The notes below the pieces were generated by a model. It did not search any database. It was not told where the DNA came from and worked only from the letters and a program-made list of their open reading frames with translations. A stretch of 64,000 nt of DNA from Eledone cirrhosa (Eukaryota), in assembly GCA_964016885.1 (NCBI GenBank), contig OZ024741.1:184450001-184514000 (forward strand), in the 5' to 3' direction. A program made the translations under genes and the position numbers. Numbering within the stretch: the first letter of the stretch is position 1; the number at the start of each line of letters is the position of its first letter. Below, in pieces: positions 14,016 through 27,324 of the stretch.

Positions 14016-14599
14016 GTGTTGAGTTGTATTCTACAATTCTGCATGTCTTCACTTTTATAATGGACGTGGTGTCGCTGTTGAACTACTGTGATTATTTGAC
14101 ACGTGTGGCCTTTCTCAAATGTAATTTAGGATTAAAATAAAGTGAAAATATTGCTTCTTCAGCATATCTCTGAATCAGTTTCCCATAAATACACGGCTTT
14201 ATTACTCCCTGTTGCTCTCGTCTCAATGAAAGGACCGAAATATAATATGGCATTGGATTTAACGTGGATATCATATAGTTTAGAGCACTAATTCTAACGC
14301 AGGGCCACACAGGGGCAATTTGAATATTTTAGAAGTAAATTTAATATTTTAAAGAGTAATTTTTTCTAAATTTTACTTTTTATCTATACTGAACGGGGCA
14401 TCGAATTTTTTGAGTTGTCGTATTGGGGAGTTCCAAAAGGGCTAATAACCTTTAGTTTAGCTGAGAAAAATACATAGTCGACGCATGTAGACGATTATTT
14501 AATAGTACAGAAACATATGTTAAAGATTGAACACTCAATAAATTTCTCCTTTTGACCACTTCTTCTTGCCTAGTTCTTCCTCTTTTTCCTGGTGCCATA

Positions 14600-15152
14600 C
14601 TAGGATCGGACGTCATGCTTTCCAGCATAGTTACGTCCCTTTACGGTCTGAGTTCAAATCCCCTCGAGGTTAACTGTGCCTTTCATCCTTACCGGGTCGA
14701 TAAAATAAAGTCCCAGTAATACACTGGGATAATTGCTGGCCTTGTGCCAAAAGTAGAAACAATTATATTACGTGAATCAACTATATCCTATTAAATTTGA
14801 CCTATTTAATAAAAGAAGGTTTAGTCTTGGATATATAGATAAAACAACATTAATAGCTGAACTCTGCTATCCTATATTGAATTCAAGAATAATTTAGATT
14901 CTAGAAGATTAGTTATGCACCGGGATGATTGCTGGCCTTGTGTCAAAAGTAGAAACAATTATTATGGATTGACAGTATCGGTAGAGCGTCAAACACCATG
15001 ATTCGCCGCATAGAGTTACGGCCCTTTGCGTTCTGAGTTCAAATCCCGCCAAGGTTAACTTGGTCTTTCATCCTTACGGGGTTGATACAATAAAGCACCA
15101 GTAATGCACTGGGGTAATTGCTGGCCTTGTTCCCAAAATAGAAACAATTATT
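14600..15152 (+). mobile_element. Two SINE copies (~14600-14768, ~14925-15152) separated by a ~150-bp segment also present at 47377-47530
   Basis: B-box gagttcaaatccc, core gcctttcatcctta-cgggtcgataaaataaag, tail agtagaaacaattatt. Confidence 0.9.
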
Positions 15153-15848
15153 ACGTAAATGTTTAGGTGTTTCGTGTATATTCCAATTTTTTAAAAACAA
15201 ATGTGTATTTCGATCGGAATTTAGCTGATATTTCTAGCAAATGGACGGATTATATAATGGATGGAAACTGAAATGGGGAATTATGTAAATGTGATGTGTT
15301 TGCTTGTTTTCGTATAACTAGGTCAATATTGTATAATGAGTCTTTCTTATCTTTAGACAACAGAGTAGGTATTGGGGGAGATTTCGATACTATTTCTAGA
15401 AGATGGAGTGTTAAACGGAGAGGTTTCCTTGCTTTCTCGTATTTTTGAAGGGTTTATTGAATACAGATAAATGGGGAGGGAATAAGGTCGTTAAGAAAAA
15501 CAAAAATAAAGATACGTAAAAGGAAATGAAAAAAGGAGTTTATATCAGAAGTTAAGAAAAAATTTGGGGTTTTGGAAGAAAATATGATAACAAGAGTTTA
15601 AAAGTAAAAACAAAGTAAATGCTTGAGCCTCAAAGATGATGATGGAGATGTTGATGAGAAATAAAATGTGTTAAAAGAGAAAGAAAGCTGGCGTTTAAAG
15701 ATAATGTCGTAGCTGGAGACAAAATAAACAAAATGATACGGCTGCCATATTTTGTTTTGTATGTATGTATATATAGATACATATGTACGTATATATCTCC
15801 CCCCCTCCCCATCTCTCTCTCTGTCCCCATACCTCTCTCGTCGTCGTC

Positions 15849-15934
<86 letters not shown>

Positions 15935-15959
15935 GTATATACATATTTATATATATATA

Positions 15960-16012
<53 letters not shown>

Positions 16013-16013
16013 T

Positions 16014-16092
<79 letters not shown>

Positions 16093-17339
16093 GATGTGGG
16101 TGTGTGTATGTATGTGTGTGTCTGTGTGTCCGTGTGTCTGTGTGTGTTTGTAAATACATATGAATTTAAATTGCACACACACTAGCAGAACAGCACATTT
16201 ATAACGTAATAAACCCTACACACTTAAAAAGTACTTTTCAATCCACACGTACAAAATTAACGCACTCTTGGCTTGCCACATTTTATATATCCCCATACAT
16301 AATAAAAACGAAAATCTAATCGAAGATATGTTATTTCCCCGAATTATATAGACGGGGTGTTCACAGCTGGAATGCATTCCATCATAGATCTGCTGGATCA
16401 AGGTAAATATGGAGCTAAATAAAAACAATAACAACCTCTGCAAATAATGGTTTCTTTATAAAAATAATATCGAGCAAAGAGGGAGTCCCTACATTGTAGC
16501 GCAACATGTTAGATAAAGGAACAAAAATCTCTTCCACACCCCACCTGACACTCAGAAGAATACAAATTCATTGGATAAAGTACTATTATATATACTATGT
16601 CAGTCGAAATATAAACTTAATAGTCACATTTAGCATGTCTTTGAGTATAGTTTTGCAATTCTACTGCATAAGTGTCTAGAGAACAACAACGAACAAGTTG
16701 GCCCTAATTTTACAGCAAGACTAAGTACTAATGGATATGAATTTTTCTATATATTTTGTCAGGAGGTGATTTGATGAGTGTAGTGCGCAGAAAAATTTTA
16801 AATTAATTTAAATTTCCTTCTTAGCTGGAGAAAGAAATATGAGCGACTTCCAAAATATGGAGGATGATAATGTATATAAATTCAGAATGAAGTTTTAGCT
16901 TAACGTGCCCATGCACCCCCCCCCCCCCCCGCACACACTCTTTTTTTTTATACAGTTGGAAAGGAGAAAGGTAAATAACCTGAAACCGGAAACCTATTTT
17001 GAGTGAATGTTTCCAATAGGCTCGACACCACTAAAGGCAACGAAGGGTCAGGTGATGGCGTTATACCAGTTGACGGATTATGTCTACCATACAAGTGATA
17101 TAAGTCATTCACAGTGGGTTTTGAACTTAGAACTCAAATGTCGGAACAAACACCACAAGGCATTTCGCCCGGCGCACAAAGAATCCTGCAAGAATAATAC
17201 CCTAGACTAGTGTTTTATTTTACTGAGTCAATGTTGCCACGGATGTTAACAGTATACAACTGTCAATCAATTTTTTAGTTCGATAGAGTGACACAAACGA
17301 CCGATTGATTTTTATAGAGTTAAGTCCTCATCTTTACTC

Positions 17340-17540
17340 TGTTGTTAGTAAGGAGTGGATTGAAACAATCCTTAGAGCGTCGGACATCATACTACGCTGT
17401 AATATTTCTGATTCTTTGCGTTCTGAGTTCAAATCATAATGATGTAAAGTTTGCCTTTCATCCTTCCGGAATAGATAAAATAATAAAATTGTCCTCTCTC
17501 CAAATTGCTGGTCATGTGCTTAAATCAAAAACCGTTATGT
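17340..17540 (+). mobile_element. Older diverged SINE copy
   Basis: ctgagttcaaatc...tttgcctttcatccttccggaatagataaaa...aattgctggtcatgtgc. Confidence 0.7.
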
Positions 17541-17881
17541 TGTTGAGGATTTTGTTGTTGTATTGTGTGCTGCTGTTTAGCTCTAGATCATTCTTTATCA
17601 AGCAAAATCCTATAATGAAATATGTTCCAGCTGTATAAAATACTGAAATAATTATTATAGGTCTATGTTATCCAGTTTGTCCATTCTTATGTTTGTAAAG
17701 TCTATACTGTACAATTTGAGGGAGATTTCCTTGTTATTTCTAGCATGTCGAACGACTATGCAAACCACTAGACTTGGTTATGTAATCAAAGGCATTATAT
17801 ATACAGTTCGTTTCATTTTATAAACAATCAGATGCGGTTTCAGTAGTGTTTTAACTGTTATATCTGGCAGGTCGCATTGAA

Positions 17882-17959
<78 letters not shown>

Positions 17960-17989
17960 TATATATAATATATATATATATATATTTAC

Positions 17990-18025
17990 GAGCTGAGGAT
18001 CCGCTAAGGTGAAACAATTGTTCTC
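17990..18025 (+). ncRNA. Minimal type I hammerhead ribozyme in an ~80-bp pLTR fragment between (TA)n tracts
   Basis: gag-CTGAGGA-t-cc gctaa gg-t-GAAA-CAATTG-TT-ctc; palindromic helix III loop; second copy at 39870-39907 (minus). Confidence 0.75.
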
Positions 18026-18063
18026 ATTGTTCTCGGTATGGTGAACTAACTGTTGTGTAACCA

Positions 18064-18102
<39 letters not shown>

Positions 18103-18215
18103 GTTTGTATATGTATAATAAAGCCAAAACAATGCAGGTATGGACATAGAATAAAGAATGCAAATGCAAAAGATATTGTTGACAATTAGTCTTTTACCTT
18201 AGATATATTTAAATG

Positions 18216-18252
18216 TCCTAAATTTTCGAGATAATATCTCTTCTTTAGAGGG
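18216..18252 (-). ncRNA. HHR-like motif in the 3' pLTR of the PLE (variant core)
   Basis: Minus strand: ccct-CTAAAGA-a-gagat att atctc-GAAA-att-TA-gga; core has A in place of the conserved G. Confidence 0.5.
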
Positions 18253-18652
18253 AAGTAAATCTGTCAAACCACTGTTCTAAAAAACTTGCCAAGTCATGCT
18301 GACAGGAAATGGTATAGAGTATATGTTCTATCTCTCATGTCAAAGAGTTAAGATAGGTGGATAAAGAGTAGTCTCCCTTTAAGAGGGGTTTGTTATTGTT
18401 TTGGGTTTTTTTTTTTATACATGCCTGTTTAAGTGTGTGGGAGAATGCATGAAGGTGTAAGTATGTGAGTGTGTGTGTGTGAGTGTCAGAAGATATGTCT
18501 ATACGTAAATGTGGGGATAGATGTTATCTCGTGTTAGAACTGGTTTTGTGTGTGTATGTGTGAGAGAGAATAAGGGGAGGTGTAAGCGTGTGTGTGTGCG
18601 TGTGTGCGTGTGTGTGTGTGGGGGGGGTGTAAATATGGGGCTAGGAGCTCTA

Positions 18653-21240
18653 TCAAGTTATAAATTGGGTGTTGAGTTCTAGTCTATTATTAATTGGTGG
18701 TTGTGTTTTGTCTATAATTAGTGCTTCCTTAATTCTAAGATTGCCGAGGTTTCTTTCCTTAGTTTCTATCCTAACTGTTATGGTTTTGTCGGTGTTTTTG
18801 CATTTAACTAGGTGTTTCTTAAATGAGGAAGCGTTAGTATTGAGGTGTTCTTTTATTCTTATGTGGAGTGGTCTGGCGGTGCTACCTACGTAGAAGTTGT
18901 TGCATTTGTCACACTCTAGTCTGCATACGACGTAAGCCTGGTGGCATAGGTCTGTGTCGTTGATGGGGCAGTTGGCTAGTCTGCAGGAGTTGTCATGTCT
19001 GGTGGAGTGTCTTTTGGTTAGCTGACCGCGTAGAGAAGGACCTGAGTAGGCCAGTTGGATATCTAGTCCCTCTCGTCTGATAGCTCTGCGGATGGCTGTT
19101 GTTGTTTCTTCACTGAAGTGTGGGAGCTTCAGGAAGCAAGTGTTAGTGCCTCGGGTGTGGTGTCCTCTGTTCTTTCTGGCACGGTTTGTGGTGGATGTCG
19201 TGTATCCGTTCAGTTTGAGTACTTCCAGGAAATGTGTGGTGTGTGTGTCTCAGTCTCTAGCGTCGGTGCATTTGTTCCGGATACGTGCCAGTTCGTTCCT
19301 TATGTGTCCGAACTTAGCACCGAGTGGGAGGGCCGATCTGAAATGTACGAACAGGTCCCTGCTGGCGGCTTTTTTATAGAAGCAGGTGTGGCTGTTGCCT
19401 TCCTCTGTTACCCTGAGCTGGAAGTCCAGTAGGGATAGGGATCCGCGGTCTTCGGGGTGTTCCATGCTGAACTTTATACTGGCGTCCATGCTGGAGAATG
19501 TTATGTATATTTTATCTGCCTCCTCACGGGATGATGTAAGGAAGAGTATGTCATCTACATATCGGGTGAAGAAGGTATGGGAATGGCAGGTGTTGAGGGC
19601 TCGGCATTCTAGCTAGTTCATGTAGGTGATGGCCAGCAGGCCCGATAGGCTGGATCCCATGGGTAATCCTGTTGTCTGTCTGTATGTGTGGTGGTGGAAG
19701 GTGAAGTACGTGTTGTCTACTGTGAAGGACAAAAGCTGGTGTATGTCCGTCGGGTGGAGGCCGTAGCAGTGGATGTCCTCTGCGACCACGCAGTCCGTCA
19801 ATAAATCGACAGCTGGATGAGCGAGGACTGTAGTGTAGAGGGAGACAACGTCGAGGCTAAAGGCGTAACTATTTAGTTTAAGTTGTTCTGGCTGGAGTTG
19901 GTGTAGTCTATGTATAACTTCGTCGGAGCTACTGACATGCCCGGGAAAGGTGGCGAGTAGAGGCTTGAGGACCTGGGAGAGGAGCCAGGAAATGTTGTAT
20001 AGGAGTCCTTCTATGCTAGAGACAATGGGTCTTATTTGCGTATTAGTGCTAATCTTGTGGGTCTTGATGAGGTGGTAGGAAGTGGGCAGTCTGCTATTTC
20101 TAGTGGTGTAGTTGAGCTTAATTTTATTTGGGGGTTGTCTTCTCCTACAGATATCGAACCAGATGGAGTTGGTCTGTTTTTCGATCTGGGCTGCAGTCAT
20201 GTCCGGGATCTCTGTGTATAATTCATTGTCGCTTAGGTGTTCAAAGGCTAGGTTGTTGTATGTGGCTTGAGAGATGATGCAAAACTCTTTACCTTTGTCG
20301 GATGGTAAGTATATAAGTTCCCTATTCCGTAGGTTCTTCAGGGCGAGTTGTTGTGTCCTGGAGAGGTTTGGGGCTATCTTCTTCTGTTTCCGTAAGATGT
20401 TAAATACGGAATGTTTTAGCCTCGAGAGTTTTTCTTCAAGCTCGCGGTTGGCAGGCGGTGGACAGAGTGGGCGATCCAGTTGGTATATCGGGAATCTGGG
20501 TTTGATAGATTCCGTGGTGTTGTTGCCGAGAGTCGATATCCATTTTAGTTGGTAGGCAGCCCGACAGAAATTCGTTTCTATGTCCAGCCATAATTTGTCG
20601 TCCAGTCTCTGTTTCAATATGAACTTGGGACCCAGGCTGAGGATGTCTAATTCCTCTCAGGAGAGGGATCCTGTCAAAACTGTGACGAGGTGTTTTGCGT
20701 CAGGTGTGTTGTTGGTCGGGGCGCCGTTAGGTTCGGTGTTGGTACCGTCTTGTTCGCCTCTGTTGGTGTTTAGAGTTGGGATGTTGTTAAGACAGTTGGC
20801 CGTCCTGAGTTTGAGAAATTTTTGCGTTAGACGTATTTTCTCGTAGTCTCGGCGATGGTGGTATGACCTGTCTATAGCGGCGGAGATGACTCTGGACAGA
20901 GGTTCTGGGGTTTCAGCGAGTTCTGGTACAAGGCTGGAAATAGTCCGTATGTGTTGTTGTAGCGTGCGGTGTAGGTGTTGTATGAGTTTTCTTAGGCAGA
21001 ATTTTTGTATGTAACTAAGTGATCGTTTGAGGCCTGGTGATTTGAAGGATATTGTTAGGTGCAAATGTTTGATAGTTTTGGGGATGATGTTGTTATTCAG
21101 GCATCGTTTTAGGAAGTTTATTTGGCAGCCGGCTTTGGCGCGCTTTTCAGATAGCTGGAAGAGTTTCTTTACAGTTGTGAACTGGGCCTGGCTCAGGCGT
21201 AAGGAAAGGAGTTCACTTGAAGCATTGTGTAATGATGTAT
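18653..21240 (-). pseudogene. PLE RT-GIY-YIG polyprotein, one reading frame interrupted by three stops (20657 TGA, 19613 TAG, 19250 TGA)
   Basis: FLKRCLNNNIIPK, LSLGPKF, SDKG, IKTHK...IRPIVS, FSLDVVSLYT, QTTGLPMGSSLS, RYVDD (~19550-19561), LSLLDF, YVVCRLECDKCNNFYVGSTAR...RIKEH, IKEALII; ORFs 20657-21457, 19613-20617 and 19250-19489 are all in the same frame. Confidence 0.93.
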
Positions 21241-21651
21241 AAACGTTTGTATATGTATAATAAAGCCAAAACAATGCAGGTATGGACATAGAATAAAGAA
21301 TGCATAGAATAAAGAATGCATTCTTTATTCTATGTCCATACCTGCATTCTCGAGAAAAGCCATAATCCCTCCATCTCAATTCTACTTTTGAAAAGCATGA
21401 GAACTGTGAAACCGGTAAAGGAAACAAAAAATATTCTAAAGAAGACTCCAGTTGCATTTTCGATTTTTTTTTTCCTTATAATACCAGTGGTCTAGTACAT
21501 CGCGTTTGTTTTCATTAAAAAAATAAAACCTCATTTTCTTATATATATATATTGATTTTGAACCAATCATCTATGAATCACACTTACCTGATCGATATTC
21601 AATAAAAACATTCATGAGAAACTTTATATTATATATATATATATAATATAA

Positions 21652-21698
<47 letters not shown>

Positions 21699-21729
21699 GT
21701 TTACATGTATATAAAGTCATATATATATA

Positions 21730-22220
21730 TATGTGTTTTGCAACAGGTCACGTTGTGGCTCAATGAAGAATTAATTAATTAAATAATCAGAGCTATATAT
21801 CATAAAATATGTCTTTAGAATCACCTTTATTCTTATAGCTTGGTCTAATTGATTTTTTATATGATTAATTATGCTAATTGGGAGAAGAAATGGTATATAT
21901 TATATCTAGTGATTCTAAAGACATGTTTTATGATATATATATATATATATATATATATACTATAAAGTATGTCCATAGAATCATTTGATAATATATATAC
22001 ACCATTTCCTCTCCCAATTAGCATAATTAACCACACAAAAAATCAATTAGACCAGGCTATAAGATTAAGAGGCACCTATGAAGAAATAGAAGATAAATAA
22101 ACGACAGCAATCTCTTCGCGACCAACCGCTATAGAATATTTACCCAACATTTCAATAGCACGTGGAAATCGATTAAATATACTGTAAACCATACACAATT
22201 AGGTATAAAATTAAACATAC
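21730..22220. mobile_element. Repeat family C fragments in direct and inverted arrangement around (TA)n (related pieces at 22520-22605 and 34478-34950)
   Basis: ctcccaattagcataattaacc...aaaatcaattagaccaggctataaga at ~22011-22063, its reverse complement at ~21830-21882, and a copy at ~34533-34585. Confidence 0.75.
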
Positions 22221-22634
22221 AAGGTTACGTTTCAACTCTTACGGTGTCGTTCGCTTTTGGAAATATCCTATTAAGGATAAAATCCCGAGCTTCAATCTGA
22301 TCAAGAAACAAACTCATTTAAACAAAGAATTTTCTTAAGTGACCCCGCCAGAAACGAATTCAAAATGGCTAAGAACGTGGCAGTGGTCAAGTCAGAAAGA
22401 ATGTGATTGGTTGCTTACGGCGAGTGGGCTGGTTGCTAGAAAACACAGCCCAATATTGCCTAAATTGCATTTCAACCTTATGGGAGATTATTAAATATAA
22501 ATAATTACATATACACAAACTAGACAAAGTCACAGATATATATGTTTTGGCAACCTATCACGATGTGGCTCATGGATGAATTAATAAATCAAATAATCAG
22601 AGCAATATATATATATATGGAGAGAGAGAGAGAG

Positions 22635-22714
<80 letters not shown>

Positions 22715-22911
22715 CTGTGTGTCGTTCTACTTGTATATATGTCTATACACGCGCCGACATATGGGCATATGCGTATATATATATAGAGAAAAACAATAAA
22801 AAAAATCACATAGACACATGCACGCAAAACCATCCCTCTACAGATAATACAAAGCCACCAACATACGCGGAGACACAAATCCATAAACTCACATACATAG
22901 ACACATACATA

Positions 22912-22976
<65 letters not shown>

Positions 22977-23057
22977 GCAGGTAAAAGGCTAACAGAAATA
23001 ACGACACAGTACAATGAAGAAATATATTATCAGCTTTACGCTTAATACAGTAGAAGA

Positions 23058-23094
23058 GTCTTGACGTTTCGGACGCTAGTCCTTCATCGGAAAA
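23058..23094 (-). ncRNA. Minimal HHR-like motif
   Basis: Minus strand: tttt-CCGATGA-a-ggac tagc gtcc-GAAA-CG-TC-aaga. Confidence 0.6.
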
Positions 23095-23239
23095 TTAAAT
23101 ATATATATATATATATAGTAATAATAATAAATTTGAAGACTAAAATCCAAAGAGGGCTCGATAAGGATAAATATATATCAAATATATAAGAACCGTAGAG
23201 CAAATTTTAATCTGTTATTTTAATAAATATATATATATA

Positions 23240-23480
23240 TATATATATATATCATTCATTTGATTTATTGATTTATTGATTTTTTATCTGAGTGTCCCGA
23301 ATCTTCCAGATCGCAATTTTTCGGTCGTATGGTTGATTATAGACTTGTTCTATGTGTGACGGTATTTTAACGATAGTTATAGCTCTGATTTATGTAAATT
23401 ATTGAGCCCTCTGCCGCTCATATCGAATTTTGTTTATCGTGAACTCGTGCGCCGATTTTTCGATACTCGATTATTCTACT
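23240..23480 (+). repeat. Dispersed ~240-bp repeat flanked by (TA)n; second copy at ~41435-41675
   Basis: gtcccgaatcttcc...gacttgttctat-tgtgacggtattttaacgatagttatagctctgatt...cgtgaactcgtgcgccgatttttcgatactcgat shared by both copies. Confidence 0.85.
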
Positions 23481-23498
23481 ATATATATATATATATAT

Positions 23499-23702
23499 AA
23501 CGAAGGAGTTGTGGTAAGGAACCAGATGGACCATAACCCACCAGAGTACTCAATACTTAGGGTAGTAGAGTGGGTAATAGGAAAAAGTATGACTCTGACG
23601 GCAGAGCTCAAGCCGTTTCAACGGCTGTTTCTGGTCTATTTAGTCCAGAAATAGCCGTCGAAACGGCTTGAGCTCTGCCGTCGGGGTCATACTTTTTCCT
23701 AT
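23499..23702 (-). mobile_element. Family A pLTR fragment with fold-back centred near 23640
   Basis: aggaaaaagtatgac...gtttcaacggctgtttctggtcta / tagtccagaaatagccgtcgaaac...gtcatactttttcct. Confidence 0.88.
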
Positions 23703-23780
23703 ATATATATATATGTATATATATGTATATGTTCATTTAAAACAACAGAAGGCCAGACGGGAAATTATCTTTAAAGTTTT

Positions 23781-23829
23781 AATTTTGATGATTTCATACG
23801 AATGAAACACTTCTAGTCCTGTAGAAGTC
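23781..23829 (+). ncRNA. Decayed copy of the HHR at 63379-63429
   Basis: tTGATGAtttcatacgaatGAAAcacttctagtcctgTAgaagt aligns to ctgatgatttctaaagaatgaaacagttctagtcctgtagaatct. Confidence 0.6.
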
Positions 23830-24064
23830 GTTTATATTTAAAATAAATAAATAAATAAATATATATATATATATATTTGTTTGTGTGTATGTGTGTGTGT
23901 GAACACCCACAAATTCACACACACATGCATTTATACATATGCATTTACACAGACTCACACAAAAAGACAAAAACACACATATATATATACATATATATAT
24001 ATACACACACATATTTACACAGACTCACACAAAAAGACAAAAACACACACATATATATATATAC

Positions 24065-24095
<31 letters not shown>

Positions 24096-24109
24096 TATAT
24101 ATGTATATA

Positions 24110-24173
<64 letters not shown>

Positions 24174-24840
24174 TTTGTTTTTTGTGTGAGTCTGTGTAAA
24201 TGCATGAGTGTAAGTGTCTGTGAATCTGTGTGTGTATATATATATCCCCTAGGGAAAAATAAAGGGACTATGATAGAGAACCCCACAAAAGTGGTTTATT
24301 TGATGTCCCTTTTCCCTACGTTCCGACATTCTGTCTTAACTCACTGATTGTTGATAACAATTCCATATGTTATAACTAACACATGTTTCTCTTCTTCCCC
24401 CACACACATACGCGCGCGCACACACACGCATATACACACTAGTCGCTCTTCTCCACCACGCTACTCTCCTCTCCCACACTACTCTCTCTCTCTCTTTCAC
24501 GCACGCACACACACACACACACACACAACACTCTTTCTATCACACACACACACATACACGCATATAACACACTCGATTCTCTTCCCCCACAACACTACTC
24601 TCCTCTCCCACACTACTCTCTCTCTTTCACACACACACTCACAACACCCTTTCTTTCAAACGCACACACACACACACACACATACACACACATACACACA
24701 CACCTCCCTTTTCCCCTCACTCTCAAATACACTAGCTACTATTTCTATTATATACTCACAACACATACACACACTTTCTCCTTCTCTCTCAGTTTCTTTC
24801 TCACTTCTTGCATTTTTAGAATACTGTCTCACTCTCTCTC

Positions 24841-25495
24841 TCATACATACACACGCAATTCTCTCTCTCTATCACATACACACCACTGTTACTCTAACAC
24901 TTTCTGTCTCTATCACATACACACGCAATTCTCTCTCTCTATCACATACACACCACTGTTACTCTAACACTTTCTGTCTCTATCACATACACACGCAATT
25001 CTCTCTCACTAACTCACATACACACTACTGTTACTCTACACTTTCTGTCTCTATCACATACACACGCAATTCTCTCTCACTAACTCACATACACACCACT
25101 GTTACTCTAACACTTTCTGTCTCTATCACATACACACGCAATTCTCTCTCACTAACTCACACACACACTACTGTTACTCTAACACTTTCTGTCTCTATCA
25201 CATACACACGCAATTCTCTCTCACTAACTCACATACACACTACTGTTACTCTACACTTTCTGTCTCTATCACATACACACGCAATTCTCTCTCTCTATCA
25301 CATACACACTACTTTTACTCTACACTTTCTGTCTCTATCACATACACACGCAATTCTCTCTCACTAACTCACACACACACTACTGTTACTCTAACACTTT
25401 CTCTCTCTATCACATACACACGCAATTCTCTCTCACTAACTCACACACACACTACTGTTACTCTAACACTTTCTGTCTCTATCACATACACACAC
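24841..25495 (+). repeat. ~70-bp minisatellite, ~9 copies
   Basis: acacgcaattctctctc recurs at 24851, 24921, 24991, ~25062 and onward. Confidence 0.9.
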
Positions 25496-26289
25496 AATAC
25501 ACCCTCTCTTAAATTCAACAGCCTCTCTCATTCTACTCCCTCTCACCCACCTCTTTCTCACCCACCTTCCCATCACCCACCTCCCTCACATCCTCCTCAT
25601 TCACTCATTATCTCTCTCTCACACATATGTTAGTTTCTTTCTTTGACACACTCCCTCTCTCTCACACACACACTCTCTCTCACACACACTCACTCACACA
25701 CTCAAGTTATAGTCTCTCACTCCCTCTCCCTCTCCCTCTCTCGCACACAATTCTCTATATTCCCCCTATTTCTTTTACACACTTCTCTCTCTCTCTACCT
25801 CTCTCATCCATTTTCTCTCACACGTACACACATTAATCTTTCTTTATTCTCCAACTCTAACATAACCTACTCTCTTTCTTACTCTCTCCTCCTCTCACAC
25901 TCAACCTTTTCTCACTCTCTCCTTTATTCTCTCCATCTCTCTCATTGTCCCCTCTCACTTTCACATTATGTCTCCTCATTGTTCACTTTCCTCTTCATTG
26001 TTATTGATGTTGTTGTTAATGCCCATCTTAAATGACTCATCAAAGTTAGAAGTGACTTGCATGTCATACCACACAGTATGCAGGTAAGTTTCGCGTCTGC
26101 TTGTGTTTGATTGGCGGGGTATAATTTGTAGCCTTGTGTTAGCCCACCTGCAAATTAAAACACTTTAGTACAGATGCCACATGCAAAAGCAACTTATATG
26201 GGATATTCAAAAGTTATTTTCATCAGTATGATTTTTGCTAAGGCTTAGCAGTCCAGCCTTTGACATGCATACACGTCTGCATCCCTCAC

Positions 26290-26940
26290 AGGTAAGCGTC
26301 TATTTTGAACCCCCGTTCTGAGAGCGGACTAATATCCCCCATATATTTAGCGGCTCTGTTCACTTCAGCATAGGCCCTATACTTCCTCAATGCCCGGAGA
26401 AATCAGATTTTTCCACTCGGCTCTGTCTGTTGCATGATTTTCCCATGTTTCAGTGTTGATGCTGTCCTTTTTCAGAGTATCTTTCAAGCAGTCTTTAAAG
26501 TGCATGTGTAGCTTGCGTTGTAGGCATTTGTCATGTAACAGCTCCCCCATACAATACTTGTTTTTGGAATCTGCTGTCCGCTCTACTATGTGACCTGATC
26601 ACCGGAGACGTTGTTTCATGATAATGGTCTGGAATGATTTCTTGACGATGGTGTGCAAACATTGTTAGTGGAAACGTTCGAGACGCTGAATATGACCGCA
26701 GTATGTTGTCATTGTCTCACATCGACACAGCAACGCTGTATGAACACATGCTTGATATATTACGACTTTAGTGTACACAGCGATATCTGACTATGAACCC
26801 AATCACTTCTCTAGTTTACCAAAAGCATCGCAACATTTAGACCACCGGTCGCTTACATCTTCATTCATAGTGCTGGGTCTGAAAAAATACTAGCCAGGGA
26901 GGCAAACGTATCCACAACCTTCAATAGTATCCTATTGACA
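26290..26940 (-). mobile_element. RTE-clade LINE 3' fragment (decayed)
   Basis: Minus-strand pieces read HIQRLERFH, QRLR*SGHI, IPKxxLYGEL, FKDCLK, TDRAEW, typical of the RTE ORF C-terminus. Confidence 0.7.
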
Positions 26941-27099
26941 GATATGGTGGAAAATATGACGTGTGTGTGTGTATAACAAAAATACAAAAGAACAACAAAA
27001 ACAAACAAATTAACTCTTCTGCTTTTCGTCAATAAAAACGTATTTATTCAATAGCCAAATTCTCTCAATGTCATGAAAAGGCATTTGACATTATACAAA

Positions 27100-27205
27100 T
27101 ATAATTGTTTCCACTTTTGGCACAAGACCAGCAATTACGCCAGTGTATTACTGGTACTTTATTTTATCGACCCCGTAAGGATGAAAGGCAAATTTAACCT
27201 CGGAG
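27100..27205 (-). mobile_element. SINE 3' half
   Basis: Same core and tail as the other copies. Confidence 0.85.
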
Positions 27206-27324
27206 CAGTATCTAATAAAAAAAAAAATACACACAATTATGGAACAGAAAAAAGAAAAAAAGAAAGAAGGAGGAAGCATCAAAATAATGAGTGTTGGGGT
27301 TCATACTACAGACCACTTTGAGCG

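Larger units (their letters stand above)
18098..21348 (-). mobile_element. Near full-length Penelope-like retroelement with pseudo-LTR direct repeat and 5' inversion
   Basis: Direct repeat aaacgtttgtatatgtataataaagcc...gaataaagaatgca at ~18099-18162 and 21241-21304; fold-back at ~21319-21348; 3' end abuts (TA)n; RT and GIY-YIG coding inside. Confidence 0.93.

Noticed and set aside
18653-21240. Selenocysteine recoding of the PLE stops (as reported for some Naiad elements)
   Set aside because: One stop is TAG, the TGAs are not at evident conserved Cys positions, the endonuclease is C-terminal and no SECIS was recognised
24348-25367. 339-aa ORF
   Set aside because: Translation of CT/CA microsatellites and the ~70-bp minisatellite
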